Assembly (NCBI GenBank): GCA_038087875.1
Contig: CM075995.1
Coordinates: 11,286,001 to 11,346,465, forward strand
From: Malacoraja senta
Lineage: Eukaryota
Length of the DNA stretch: 60,465 nucleotides
Direction: 5' to 3'
Positions within the stretch are counted from its first letter, which is position 1. Each line of letters begins with the position of its first letter. This document shows positions 47,745 through 60,465 of the stretch, one piece after another. The notes below the pieces were generated by a model. That model was not told the DNA's origin, did not search any database, and saw nothing but the letters and a program-made list of their open reading frames with translations. Made by a program: the position numbers and the translations under genes.

Positions 47745-50700
47745 AGAAACATAGAAACATAGAAACATAGAAATTAGGTGCAGGAGTAGGCCATTCGGCC
47801 CTTCAAGCCTGCACCGCCATTCAATATGATCATGGCTGATCATCCAACTCAGTATCCCGTACCTGCCTTCTCTCCATACCCTCTGATCCCTTTAGCCACA
47901 AGGGCCACATCTAACTCCCTCTTAAATATAGCCAATTAACTGGCCTCGACTACCCTCTGTGGCAGAGAGTTCCAGAGATTCACCATTCTCTGTGTGAAAA
48001 AAGTTCTTCTCATCTCGGTTTTAAAGGATTTCCCCCTTATCCTTAAGCTGTGACCCCTTGTCCTGGACTTCCCCAACATCGGGAGCAATCTTCCTGCATC
48101 TAGCCTGTCCAACCCCTTAAGAATTTTGTAAGTTTCTATAAGATCCCCTCTCAATCTCCTAAATTCTAGAGGGTATAAACCAAGTCTATCCAGTCTTTCT
48201 TCATAAGACAGTCCTGACATCCCAGGAATCAGTCTGGTGAACCTTCTCTGCACTCCCTCTATGGCAACAATGTCCTTCCTCAGATTTGGAGACCAAAACT
48301 GTACACAATACTCCAGGTGTGGTCTCACCAAGACCCTGTACAACTGCAGTAGAACCTCCCTGCTCCTATACTCAAATCCTTTTGCTATGAAAGCTAACAT
48401 ACCATTCGCTTTCTTCACTGCTTGCTGCACCTGCATGCCTACTTTCAATGACTGGTGTACCATGACACCCAGGTCTCGCTGCATCTCCCCTTTTCCTAGT
48501 CGGCCACCATTTAGATAATAGTCTGCTTTCCTGTTTTTGCCACCAAAATGGATAACCTCACATTTATCCACATTATACTGCATCTGCCAAACATTTGCCC
48601 ACTCACCCAGCCTATCCAAGTCACCTTGCAGTCTCCTAGCATCCTCCTCACAGCTAACACTGCCCCCCCAGCTTAGTGTCATCTGCAAACTTGGAGATAT
48701 TGCCTTCAAATCCCTCATCCAGATCATTAATATATATTGTAAATAGCTGGGGTCCCAGCACTGAGCCTTGCGGTACCCCACTAGTCACTGCCTGCCATTG
48801 TGCCTGCCGTTTACTCCCACTCTTTGCTTCCTGTTTGCCAGCCAGTTCTCTATCCACATCAATACTGAACCCCCAATGCCATGTGCTTTAAGTTTGTATA
48901 CTAATCTCTTATGTGGGACCTTGTCGAAAGCCTTCTGGAAGTCCAGATACAACACATCCACTGGTTCTCCCCTATCCACGCTACTAGTTACATCCTCGAA
49001 AAATTCTATAAGATTCGTCAGACATGATTCACCTTTCGTAAATCCATGCTGACTTTGTCCAATGATTTCACCACTTTCCAAATGTGCTGCTATCCCATCT
49101 TTAATAACTGACTCTAGCAGTTTCCCCACTATCGATGTTAGACTAACTGGTCTGTAATTCCCCGTTTTCTCTCTCCCTCCCTTCTTAAAAAGTGGGGTTA
49201 CGTTTGCTACCCGCCAATCCTCAGGAACTACTCCAGAATCTAAAGAGTTTTGAAAGATTATTACTAATGCATCCACTATTTCTGGAGCTACTTCCTTAAG
49301 TACTCTGGGATGCAGCCTATCTGGCCCTGGGGATTTATCGGCCTTTAATCCATTCAATTTACCCAACACCACTTCCCGACTAACCTGGATTTCACTCAAT
49401 TCCTCCGGTCCCCTGCTATTTCCGGCAGATTATTTATGTCTTCCTTAGTGAAGACGGAACCAAAGTAATTATTCAATTGGTCCGCCATATCCTTGTTCCC
49501 CATGATCAACTCACCTGTTTCTGACTGCAAGGGACCTACATTTGTTTTAACTAATCTCTTTCTTTTCACATATCTATAAAACCCTTTGCAGTAAATTTTT
49601 ATGTTCCCTGCCAGTTTTCTTTCATAATCTATTTTTCCTTTCCTAATTAAGCCCTTTGTCCTCCTCTGCTGGTCTCTGAATTTCTCCCAGTCCTCCGGTA
49701 TGCTGCTTTTTCTGGCTAATTTGTACGCATCATCCTTCGCTTTGATACCATCCCTGATTTCCCTTGTTATCCACGGATGCACAACCTTCCCTGATTTATT
49801 CTTTTGCCAAACTGGGATGAACAATTTTTGTAGTTCATCCATGCAGTCTTTAAATGTCTTCCATTGCATATCCACCGTCAACCCTTTTAGAATTAATTGC
49901 CGGTCAATCTTGGCCAATTCACGTCTCATACCCTCAAAGTTACCTTTCTTTAAGTTCAGAACCATTAAAATATCTTTATACGCGGATGATATATTATTGT
50001 ATATTACAAAACCTCAAATCACTATACCAAATATATTAAATTTAATTGAAGACTTCGGATCTTTTTCTGGATATAGAATAAATTGGAATAAAAGTGAAAT
50101 TATGTCAATAAAACCGAAAGATTCAACACATCTTTTAAAATTCCCTTTTAAAATAGCTACAGAAAAATTTAAATATTTGGGAATCGAAATTACCAGAACA
50201 TATCAAGGTATGTTCAGGGCAAATTTTGACCCCCTACTTAATAAACTGAATACATTAATTAAATTCTGGAAAACGCTCCCGATGTCTTTAATAGGCCGAA
50301 TAAACGCAATAAAAATGATCTTTTTACCACAAATTTTATACCTATTTCAATCAATTCCTATATACTTACCTAAGAAGTTTTTTAAAAAACTCGACTCAGA
50401 TATCACTAATTTTATATGGGACTATAAATCACATAGAATACAAAAAACCCATCTGAATAAACCTAAAGTATTGGGGGGTCTAGCACTACCTAATTTTATG
50501 TATTATTATTGGTCAGTAAATATTAAAAACATGATTCAACTGATGGATAACTCCGCCCAGCAAGTAGACTGGATTGTAATGGAGAAAGAGGATTGCTCCT
50601 CTAGAAACATTGGAGCGATCCTCCTCTCTCCAATGAAATTGAATAACATAAACTATAATAAGAACCCAATTATTCATAGTACAATCCGTATTTGGAAACA

Positions 50701-53700
50701 AATAAAACAAAATTTAAAATTAAGAAACTTATCACTTTTATTACCTATAGTCAATAACCCTTCGTTTAGTCCTTCTATTATAGATAAAGCTTATACACAA
50801 TGGGATAGACTAGGAATTAAAACGCTTGGTGACTTGTATGAAACTGGAAAATTACTTTCATTTCAACAATTACAAATAAAATATAAACTCGGAAATAATC
50901 AATATTTTAAATACTTTCAAATATGCGACTATTTGAAAAAATATACAAAAGATCATCATAATAACCCAGCAGATGTACTGGACGAGGCAATGCAGATAAA
51001 AGCGGAATCAGCAAACTTAATATCATATTTGTATAATATTATCTTAAATGCACAAATACCATCTACGGAGGATATCAGAAGAGACTGGGAACAAGAGTTA
51101 GCTATTAAAATTTCAAAGGAAAGTTGGAATGAATACTTATTAAAAGTGCATAAATGCTCGATTAATGTAAGACACACTTTAATACAATTTAAAATTTTAC
51201 ATAGATTATATTATTCGAAAACTAAAATTCATAAAATGTTCCCAAACGTATCATCTATTTGTGATAAATGTCAATCCCAAGAAGCAACTATAGCGCACTC
51301 ATTTGTCTTCTGTACAAAAATTCAAAAATTTTGGAATGAAATTTTTGAAATCTTTACAAAGTTATTTAAAACAAGACTGATACCCAAAGCAGAATGGATT
51401 ATCTTCGGAATAACGGAAGATGATCCAGAACTAAATGTGTTTCAAAATAAATTAATGGACTATGGGTTAATAACTGGAAAAAAGCTAATTCTAAAATTTT
51501 GGAAGAAGGCTCCAATACCAACTATAAATATGTGGATTTCAAATATGTTTGAAACATTACACCTTGAAGAGATAAGACTCCTCCTAGCAGGTAAACCAGA
51601 TCACTTCCACCTGATGTGGTCTGCATTTATAGAATTATTACAAACATAGGGTGCAAAAGTACTTTAAAAAAAATAAAAAATTGAGGTCAGGTAAGGGGGG
51701 GTGATAGTTGAAGAGTTGGTATGTCCTATTTACGTGATGCTCAAAAAAAAAAAAAAAACATTTGTTTCTCTTTTTTTCTCTTTCTCTTTTCTTTTCTTAG
51801 GGCCTATTTCTTAACTCTTTTTCTTTTTGTTTTAATTTCGCTCTTATAGGGTCTTCGTCCTTTTTTGTTGTTACATTTTCTACACTTTTCTACACTTGCA
51901 CTTTTTCCTTCACTTTCTTCTCTCTTTCAATCTTTTCTTTTTCTAGTGTAAAAAAATAAATAAAGGAGTACATTAATTGTAAGAAGATATAAATGACGAG
52001 TATTAATGTATGTGGTTGTAATGTAATGTACTTCTAATAAATAAAAATTAAAAAAAAAATAAAAAAATAAAAACAAATAAAAAAAAATTAATTGCCGGTC
52101 AATCTTGGCCAATTCACGTCTCATACCCTCAAAGTTACCTTTCTTTAAGTTCAGAACCATTGTTTCTGAATTAACAATGTCACTCTCCATCCTAATGAAG
52201 AACTCAACCATATTATGGTCATCTTGCCCAAGGGGGCACGTACAACAAGACTGCTAACTAACCCTTCCTCATTACTCAATACCCAGTCTAAAATAGCCTG
52301 CTCTCACGTTGGTTCCTCTACATGTTGATTTAGATAACTATCCCGCATACATTCCAAGAAATCCTCTTCCTCAGCACCCCTGCCAATTTGATTCACCCAA
52401 TCTATATGTAGATTGAAGTCACCCATTATAACTGTTATGCCTTTGTCGCACGCATTTCTAATTTCCTGTTTGATACCATCTCCAACTTCACTACTACTGT
52501 TAGGTGGCCTGTACACAACACCCACCAGTGTTTTCTGCCCCTTAGTGTTTCGCAGCTCTACCCATACCGATTCCACATCCTCGAAACTAATGTCCTTCCT
52601 TTCCATTGCGTTAATCTCCTCTCTAATCAGCAATGCTACCCCACCTCCTTTTCCTTTCTCTCTATCCCTCCTGAATATTGAATATCCCTGGATGTTCAGC
52701 TCCCAACCTTGGTCACCCTGGAGCCATGTCTCCGTGATCCCAACTATATCATAGTCATTAATAGCTATCTGCACATTCAACTCATCCACCTTATTACGAA
52801 TGCTCCTTGCATTGAGACACAAAGCCTTCAGGCTTGTTTCTACAACACTCTTACCCCTTATACAATTATGTTGAAAAGTGGCCCTTTTTGATTTTTGCCC
52901 TGGATTTGTCTGCCTGCCACTTTTACTTTTCACCTTGCTACCTATTGCTTCTACCCTCATTTTACACCCCTCTGTCTCTACGCTCGCACATTTAAGAAAC
53001 CCTTTCCCTTTAACTCCATCCTCCACTATCCCATTCGACACCCCACCCCCTTATTCAGTTTAAAACCACCCGTGTAGCAGTGGCAAACCTGCCTGCCAGA
53101 ATGCTGGTCCCACACCTGTTAAGATGCAATCCGTCCCTTTTGTACAGTTCCCCCCTTACCCCAAAACAGATCCCAGTGATCTAAGAATCTAAATCCCTGC
53201 CCCGTGCACCAGTTCCTCAGCCACATATTCAGGTCCCGTATCTCCCTGTTCCTGCTCTCGCCCAGCACGAGGAACTAGAAGCAAACCGGAGATAACAACC
53301 CTGGAGGTCCTGCTTTTCAGCATTTTTTCGAGCTCTCTAAAGTCACGCTGCAGAATATTCATCCCCTTCTTTCCGACATCGTTTGTGCCGACATGCACTA
53401 CCACTTCCGGATGTTCACCTTCGCCCTTGAGGATTTTCTGCACTCTGTCCGTGACATCCTGGATCCTGGCACCAGGAAGGCAGCACACCATCCTCGCATC
53501 CCGTCTGTTGCCGCAGAAACCCCTGTCCGTACTTCTCACAATGGAGTCTCCCACTACAATGGCGTTGCCTGCCTTAGGCCTTTTTGGTTTTGGCTCAACA
53601 GCCCTATTCGCATCGCAAGCCAGTCCGCCGCTCAGTGTTAAAACGTCTTCTGTCCCAACAACTTCTAAGCGGGTGAACCTGTTCAGAAGAGGTACAACAC

Positions 53701-54240
53701 CCGGGGACGTTTGCATTCCATGCTTCCCTCCCTTTCTCACCGTCTCCCACCTTGTCTCTTCCAGTACCTTAGGTGTAACAATCGTACTGTAGGACTTGTC
53801 GAGGAACGACTCCGTTTCTCGGACGAACCGGAGGTCATCCACTTACTTCTCCAGTTCCCCAACACGGCCCTTCAGGAGCTCTACCTGGATGCACTTCTCG
53901 CATTTGTAGCAGCCAGAGGCACCAGCGGTGTCCTTGACCTCCCACATACTGCAAGCATCGCACTGAATCAGCTTGCCTGACATCTCCTTCTTTCGTCTCT
54001 ACCTCTCCAGCGTATTGCATGGTCTCCTCTCCGAAGACTCTCGAGCCAATGACTCACACTTTACTCACAGGGCACCTCCCTCACAAGGGCACCTCCCTCA
54101 CAAGGCCGCTCCCTCACTGCCACTCGCTAAGAGCCGTCTTGCTTAAATTGACGGATAAATTGCCTGATTTACCAATTTACAAACCAAATTCCTCAGTTAT
54201 CAACTGTTTTCCTGGCACTGACTCACTTCTCTCCTCCCAT
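47745..54240 (-). mobile_element. Near-full-length CR1 LINE ((TTTCTATG)n-tail subfamily) in a GPT2-like intron, split by an L1
   Basis: Tail at 47745-47771; ORF2 pieces at 47936-49965 and 52304-53041; ORF1 with Cys cluster and esterase at 53189-54000; 5'UTR to ~54240. Confidence 0.93.
49967..52085 (+). mobile_element. 5'-truncated L1, same family as 28840-39470
   Basis: Open ORF2 from KISLYADD to the stop at 51649, including CDKC...HSFVFC; AATAAA and A-rich tail; flanked by a 76-bp direct repeat. Confidence 0.95.
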
Positions 54241-54713
54241 TCGGGCTAGAGCCAATCAGTCGTATCTCTTGCTAATCTCCTGCTGCTGTTGCTCCCAAAT
54301 CTACAGCAGTTCTGAGTAAAGTCTGCCTGTGCTTGGCTTCTACTTTTCAACAAAGACAATCAAAGTTTGCCCCTCTCCTTGTGGAAGACCCATCTCTGAT
54401 GCCGCGGTGCATTTCTGCAGCTCACTGGGTATAAGTTACCACTGCTGGTAACCTGCAGCTGATAATGTGGACCCAGCTAGATTTATTCCCTCTGCTGGTT
54501 CACCATTACCACTCTGCTGGCTCTGATCTCAAGAATCCTCGTTAGGTTTATTAAAGCAGATTTTACGTTCTTTAAACCATTGCCTTCACCCTCCACATTA
54601 AAAAGTCCCTATTCCCACATCCAGCAGGATGGACAGTGTGAGCTGATGGCAGTATCATGTGTAAAGAGGAGGGGTGGTCTCGGGCAGAGCACTGACTTCT
54701 CTCTGCATTTCAG

Positions 54714-54847
54714 GTGCTTACGGGGAGTCGGAAGGGATCGGTGCTGTCAGACGCTCAGTGGCCCAATACCTGGAGCAGCGAGATGCAGGTGTCCCAGCGG
54801 ATCCGAGCAACGTTTACCTGGTGAACGGGACATCAAATGCCATGAGT
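54714..54847 (+). CDS. GPT2: Alanine aminotransferase 2-like, coding exon 4 (134 bp)
   Basis: CTGAC branch point, TTTCAG acceptor, phase 1 matches the previous exon; (G)AYGESEGIGAVRRSVAQYLEQRDAGVPADPSNVYLVNGTSNAMS versus GPT2 [44 protein letters not shown]; weak GTACAT donor. Confidence 0.9.
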
Positions 54848-55304
54848 GTACATAACAGCAGGGAATGTTCCAAACAGGGGCAGCAGGAGAAACCTTTCAG
54901 CCCCTCAACAGTCACACAGCAAAGAAACAGGCCCTTCAGCCCAACCCCTCCATGCTGACCAAGAAACCCCCATGAATTTCCTCCCATTCACCTACATTCA
55001 GTCCGTATTCCCCTAAACCTTTCCTATCCATGTACCTGTCCAATTGTCTTTTAAATGTTTAATCGGGGCACTGCAGAAGGTTTACAAAAGAAGACAGAAT
55101 GTCGGAGTAGCTCAGCTAAGATCTGGCAGCTGGTTTCACATACCCACCTCCTCTCTGTGGAAAGGTTGCCCCTCAGCTTAAGGGGAAATCTTTCCCCTCT
55201 CACCTTAAACCAATGCCCTCCAGTTCTTGATTCCCCTATCCTGGGTAAAAGATTGCATTTATCCCTATCCCTCACATGATCTTATTTGTCTATATACCCC
55301 TCAG

Positions 55305-55590
55305 GTCATTTAAGACTGAGGTGAGAAAAAACCTTTTCACCCAGAGAGTTGTGAATTTATGGAATTCCCTGCCACAGAGGGCAGTGGAGGCCAAATCACT
55401 GGATGGATTTAAGAGAGAGTTAGATAGAGCTCGAGGGGCTAGTGGAGTCAAGGGATATGGGGAGAAGGCAGGCACAAGGTTATTGATAGGGGACGATCAG
55501 CCATGATCATAATGAATGGCAGTGCTGGCTCGAAGGGCCGAATGGCCTTCTCCTGCACCTATTTTCTATGTTTCTATGTTTCTATGTTTC
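55305..55590 (+). mobile_element. CR1 3' fragment with (TTTCTATG)n tail, inside an older CR1 remnant
   Basis: FTQRVVNLWNSLP and a tail at 55562-55590. Confidence 0.85.
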
Positions 55591-55866
55591 AGCCTCCTGC
55601 GCTCAAAGTCCTAGACTGCCCAACCTCTCCCGATAGCTCAGGTCCTCGAATCCTGGCAATTCCTTTGTAAATCTTCTCTGCTCTTACTCCTCAGGTCCTC
55701 TTTAAAGCACCGTCCCTCATCCTCAAGCTTTGCTCCTTTTTAAAAAACACCAACACAATGGGATAAAAGACTTCTACCCTAACTCAAAATGTTATAATGT
55801 AGAACAGAACAGCGCAGGCTGCTCAACCCACAATGTCCATGCCAAACATGAGACCAAGCTAAATTA

Positions 55867-58800
55867 ATAACCATATAACCATATAAAAATTTCAGCATGG
55901 AAACAGGCCATCTCGGCCCCTCTGCCGAACACTTTTTCTCCCCTAGTCCCATCTACCTGCACTCAGACCATAACCCTCCTTTCCTTTCTCGTCCATATAC
56001 CCATCCAATCTATTTTTAAATGATAAAATCGAACCTGCCTCCATCACTTCCACTGGAAGCGCATTCCACACATCTACCACTCTCTGAGTAAAGAAGTTCC
56101 CCCTAATGTTACCCCTAAAATTCTTTCCCTTAAATCTCATGTCCTTTTGTTTGAATCTTCCCTCCTCTCAACAGGAAAACCTTACCACGTCAAATCTGTC
56201 TATCCCTCTATCATTTTAAAGACCTCTATCAAGTCCCCCCTTAACCTTCTGCACTCCAAAGAATAAAGACCTAACTTGTTCAGCCTTTCTCTGTAATTTA
56301 GTTGCTGAAACCCAGGCAACATACTCGTAAATCTCCTCTGTACTCTCTCTATTTTGTTGACATCCTTCCTATAATTAGGCGACCAAAATTGTACTCCATA
56401 CTCCAGAATTGGCCTCACCAATGCCTTGTACAATTTTAACATTACATCCCAACTTCTATACTCAATGCTCTGATTTATAAAGGCCAGCACACCAAATGCT
56501 TTCTTTACCACCCTATCTACATGAGATTCCACCTTCAGGGAACTATGCACAGTTATTCCGAGATCCCTCTGTTCAACTGCATTCCTCAATTCGCTACCAT
56601 TTACCATGTACGTCCTATTTTGATTTGTCCTGCCAAGATGTAGCACCTCACCTTTATCAGCATTAAACTCCATCTGCCATCTTTCAGCCCACTCTTCCAA
56701 ATGGCCTAAATCTCTCTGTAGACTTTGAAAATCTACTTCATTATCCACAACACCACCTATTTTAGTATCATCTGCATACTTACTAATCCAATTTACCACA
56801 CCATCATCCAGATCATTGATGTACATGACAAACAACAGTGGACCCAACACAGACCCCTGAGGCACCCCACTAGTCACCGGCCTCCAACCTGACAAACAGC
56901 CATCCACCATTACTCTCTGGCATCTCCCATTCAGCCACTGTTGAATCCATCTTGCTACTCCACCATTAATACCCAACAATTGAAACTGCTAAACCAACCT
57001 TCCATGAGGAACCTTGTCAAAGGCCTTACTGAAGTCCATATAGACAACATCCACTGCTTTACCCTCATCAATTTCCCTAGTAACCTCTTCATAAAATTCA
57101 AGAAGGTTAGTCAAACATAACCTTCTAGGCACAAATCCATGTTGACTGTTCTTAATCAGACCCTGTTTATCCAGATGCTTATATATATTATCCCTAAGTA
57201 TCCTTTCTATTAATTTGCCCACAACTGACGTCAAACTAACAGGTCTATAATTGCTAGGTTTACTCTTAGAACCCTTTTTACACAATGGAACAACATGCGC
57301 AGTGCGCCAATCCTCCGGAGCTATTCCCGTTTCTAATGACATTTGAAATATTTCTGTCATAGCCCCTGCTATTTCTACACTAACTTCCCTCAATGTCCTA
57401 GGAAATATCCTGTCAGGACCTGGAGACTTATCCGTTTTCATATTTTTCAAACGTGTCCACACTTCCTCTTCTTTGAATCTCATCGTTTCCATTGCTACTC
57501 TGCTCGTTACCATTACCTCACATAATTCAATATCCTTCTCCTTGGTGAATACCGAAGAAAATAAATTGTTCAATATCTCCCCCATCTCTTTTGGCTCCTC
57601 AGATAGCTGTCCACCCTGACTCTCTAATGGACCAATTTTATTCCTTGTTATCCTTTTGCTATTAATATAGCTGTAGAAACCCTTTGGGTTTACTTACCCC
57701 TTACTTGCCAAAGCAACCTCATATCTTCTTTTAGCTTTTCTAATTTCTTTCTTAATATTATTTTTAAATTCTTTATACTCCTGCAGCACCTCATTTACTC
57801 CACGCCGCCTATAATTATTGTAGATCTCTCTCTTTTTCCGAACCAAGTGTCCAATTTCCCTTGAAAACCATAGCTCTTTCCAATTTTTACTATTTCCTTT
57901 CAACCGAACAGGGACATAAAGATTCTGTACTCTTGAAAATTTCACCTTTAAATGTCCTCCATTTCTGCCTAGTCCAAGAATCAACTATAGCACATTCTTT
58001 TGTCTTTTGTATAAAAATTCAAAAATTTTGGAATGAAACTTTTGAAATTTTCTCTAATTATTTAAAATAAAATGAAACCGAATGCAGAACTGATTATTTT
58101 TTGAAAAACAGAAGCAAGTTTGGAGCTGACTGCGTTTCAAAGGAGTTTTCTTAGTTATGGTTTATTAACGGCAAAAAAACTGATATTGAAATTTTGGAAA
58201 AATGCCCCTACGCCAACAATAAAAATGTGGGACTTCTAATATGTCGGAATTGTTACATTTAGAAGATATGAGATTCTCCTAGCATGTAAACAAGACCAAT
58301 TGCAAAAGATTTGGTCGCCATATATCGACTTATTACAAACATAGGGTGCAACAAAATGTTGATAATAAATGGTTTTAGGACCTGGCGAGGGGTGAGTAAA
58401 GATAAGAAGTAGGTGCATCCCTTTCATATTGTCCTATCTTATTTTCTTTTTTCTCTTTTTTCTTTTCTTCTTTAACTACTTCTTGTGGTTTAGGTTCATA
58501 AGAGTGTTCCTGGACCACTTTCATTCACTCACTGACTATCTTTGCTAGCTCTTTCAATCCTTTTTTCTATTAAAGTTGAAAAACAGAAGTGGTACAAGAA
58601 TTGTATAAAATTATGTTATGTTATTGCAGATAACTGTAATGTAAAATACTTCTAATAAAAAAAAAAAAATAAAAAAAAATGTCCTCTTCTACATCCTTCC
58701 CATAAAACACCATGTCCCAATTCACTCCTTTTAAATCCTTTTGCATCTCCTCAAAGTTAGCCTTTCTCCAGTCAAAAATCTCAACCTTAGGTCCAGTTCT

Positions 58801-59000
58801 GACCCTCTCCATAATTATATTGAAACTAATGGTATTGTGATCACTGGACCCAAAGTGCTCCCCAACGCATACCTCCGCCACCTGCCCTGTCTCATTTCTT
58901 AACAGGTCCAGCACTGCCCCTTCTCTTGTAGGTACCTCTATGTATTGCTGCAAAAAACTATCCTGCACACATTTTACAAACTCCAAACCATCCAGCCTTT
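55867..59000 (-). mobile_element. CR1 LINE ORF2 ((TATGGTTA)n-tail subfamily), split by an L1 fragment
   Basis: ORFs at 55943-57984 and 58621-58986 closely match the element at 7736-14150. Confidence 0.92.
57967..58677 (+). mobile_element. Short 5'-truncated L1 3' end
   Basis: QESTIAHSFVFCIKIQKFW remnant, T-rich 3'UTR, AATAAA and poly(A); AAATGTCCTC duplicated at 57950-57959 and 58677-58686. Confidence 0.85.
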
Positions 59001-59804
59001 TTAATCTCCGGCTTCACGTGATCCACATCCCTCCATATACACATGTCTATCTAAAAGCCGCTTAAATGCCATTTCTTGTATCTGCCTCCACCACCAGGCC
59101 TGGCGGTGGGTTCCAGGCATTCAGCACCCTGTGCTCATCTCCCTTAGACTGTACCCCTCTCACCTTGAAGCTATGTCCTCTCGTCTGATATTTTGACCTT
59201 GGGGAAAGGATTGTGAACATCTACTCTCTCTATGCAGCTCATAGTTTTATAACGTTCCGTCATGTCTCCCTCAACTTCTATGAAAAGCCACATTTGCCCA
59301 ACCTCTCCTTATAGATAATAACCTCTAATTCAAGCATAATTTTGGTTAACCTTCACCATCTCAATTCCTCCTCAACCTTTCTGTAATGGGGCGACCAGAA
59401 CTGCACACAATACTCCAAATATGCCTAACCAAACCCCTATACAGAAGCATGATGACTTCCTGACTTTTATACCTAGTGGCCAGACCAATGAAGACAAGCA
59501 TACAATCCACCTTCTTTCCCATTCGATCTACTTGTCTTGCCACATCCAAGGGGTATGGACTTGGACCCAACATCAATGCTGTTAAGGGTCTTGTCATTAA
59601 CTGTATACTTTCTCTTTACATTAGACCTCCCAAAGTGCATCACCTCACACTTGCTCAGATTAAACTCGATTTGCCATCCCTCCACCCCTCTCTGTAAGTG
59701 ATCAAGATGCTTTCTACTGTGCATGTGTAGAAGTCTGTAAGTGACATTGGAGACTCCTGGGCGATTAGGAGAGGGCAGGGCTTGATCTGCAGGTGGATGC
59801 CTAA

Positions 59805-60465
59805 TGGGCCTGTCCCAATTAGGCGACTTTTTAGCCGACTACAGGAGACGATGCGGTCACCACATGGTCGCCACATGTTCGCGGTTGGTTGCCGGGGTGC
59901 CACCTGCATGGTCGTGAGTAGTTCCCTCAGACTCACAACAAGTCGTAACAGAATTCTGGTCACCGCTAATTTTTCAACATGTTGAAAAATTAGCGACGAT
60001 CAGAATTTTGACGCCATGGAGAGTAGCGAGAATTCTTGTGACGTAGGTGCAGTTGTAGTTGGTCGTCAGGAGGTCGTAGGTTGTCGTAGGTTGTTGTAGG
60101 TTGTTGCCGTTGCTGACCGGTGAATTTAATTGGCTCATTGGGAAAAAAACCGTAAACATTAGTTTTCAAAACCAAGGATAACCGACCGGTAATGTTAATG
60201 TCCGTCGAGCTTCACAGCCGTGTATCTCTGGCTTCTTAAAGGTTGTCTCCACTCCTACTTCACACCCTGTCTCCCCTTTTTCCCCCCTCTACCCCCTCTC
60301 CGCCCTCTTTTAAATGACTTAAGTAACCCCTCCCGTAAATTGTGCTTTCACCGTCTTAATTACAGCGCCAACCTTCCTGTTGGCTTTGCACCTTGTGAAT
60401 TTCACAGACAGCACTCCCCCGCTTCCCCTGTCCCCCGCCTGCATAACTTACTGGTGAAGGAAGCG
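59805..60465. mobile_element. Harbinger-type non-autonomous element (left part)
   Basis: TAA then TGGGCCTGTCCCA, like the TIR of 18105-18352; GTCGTAGG repeats; 32-bp palindrome at 59964-59995. Confidence 0.65.

Noticed and set aside
49700..51649. 649-aa ORF as a novel fusion gene
   Set aside because: The N-terminal ~89 aa are antisense CR1 read through by chance into a truncated L1 ORF2; there is no promoter evidence.
54848..60465. Next GPT2-like exon
   Set aside because: No recognisable match found; it probably lies beyond the window.

Overview
Vertebrate genomic DNA; the repeat content suggests a cartilaginous fish such as a skate or ray (inference). Most of the window is nested mobile elements: CR1, L1, L2 and Rex1-type LINEs, a decayed DIRS1 tyrosine-recombinase retroelement, an endogenous retrovirus remnant (gag, tRNA-Ser PBS, LTRs), an internally deleted chromodomain Gypsy, SINEs, Penelope-like fragments, Harbinger-type MITEs, and two copies of an unclassified TAG...CTA DNA transposon with 7-bp TSDs. 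The only host gene I can support is the 5' part of a strongly divergent alanine aminotransferase (GPT2-like) gene on the + strand. It has four coding exons (42572-42796, 45445-45534, 46457-46565, 54714-54847); the internal exon sizes of 90, 109 and 134 bp and their phases match vertebrate GPT/GPT2, and the rest lies beyond the window. The ATG exon is present four times through nested local duplications: two copies are truncated, and one keeps both splice sites and an open frame with a 21-nt in-frame deletion. Other notable structure: CR1 ORF1/ORF2 module swapping at a shared motif, a 76-bp L1 target-site duplication, and a non-coding retroposon with an L1-like 5' end and a Rex1-like 3' end. 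All family assignments come from motif recognition by eye, not database searches.
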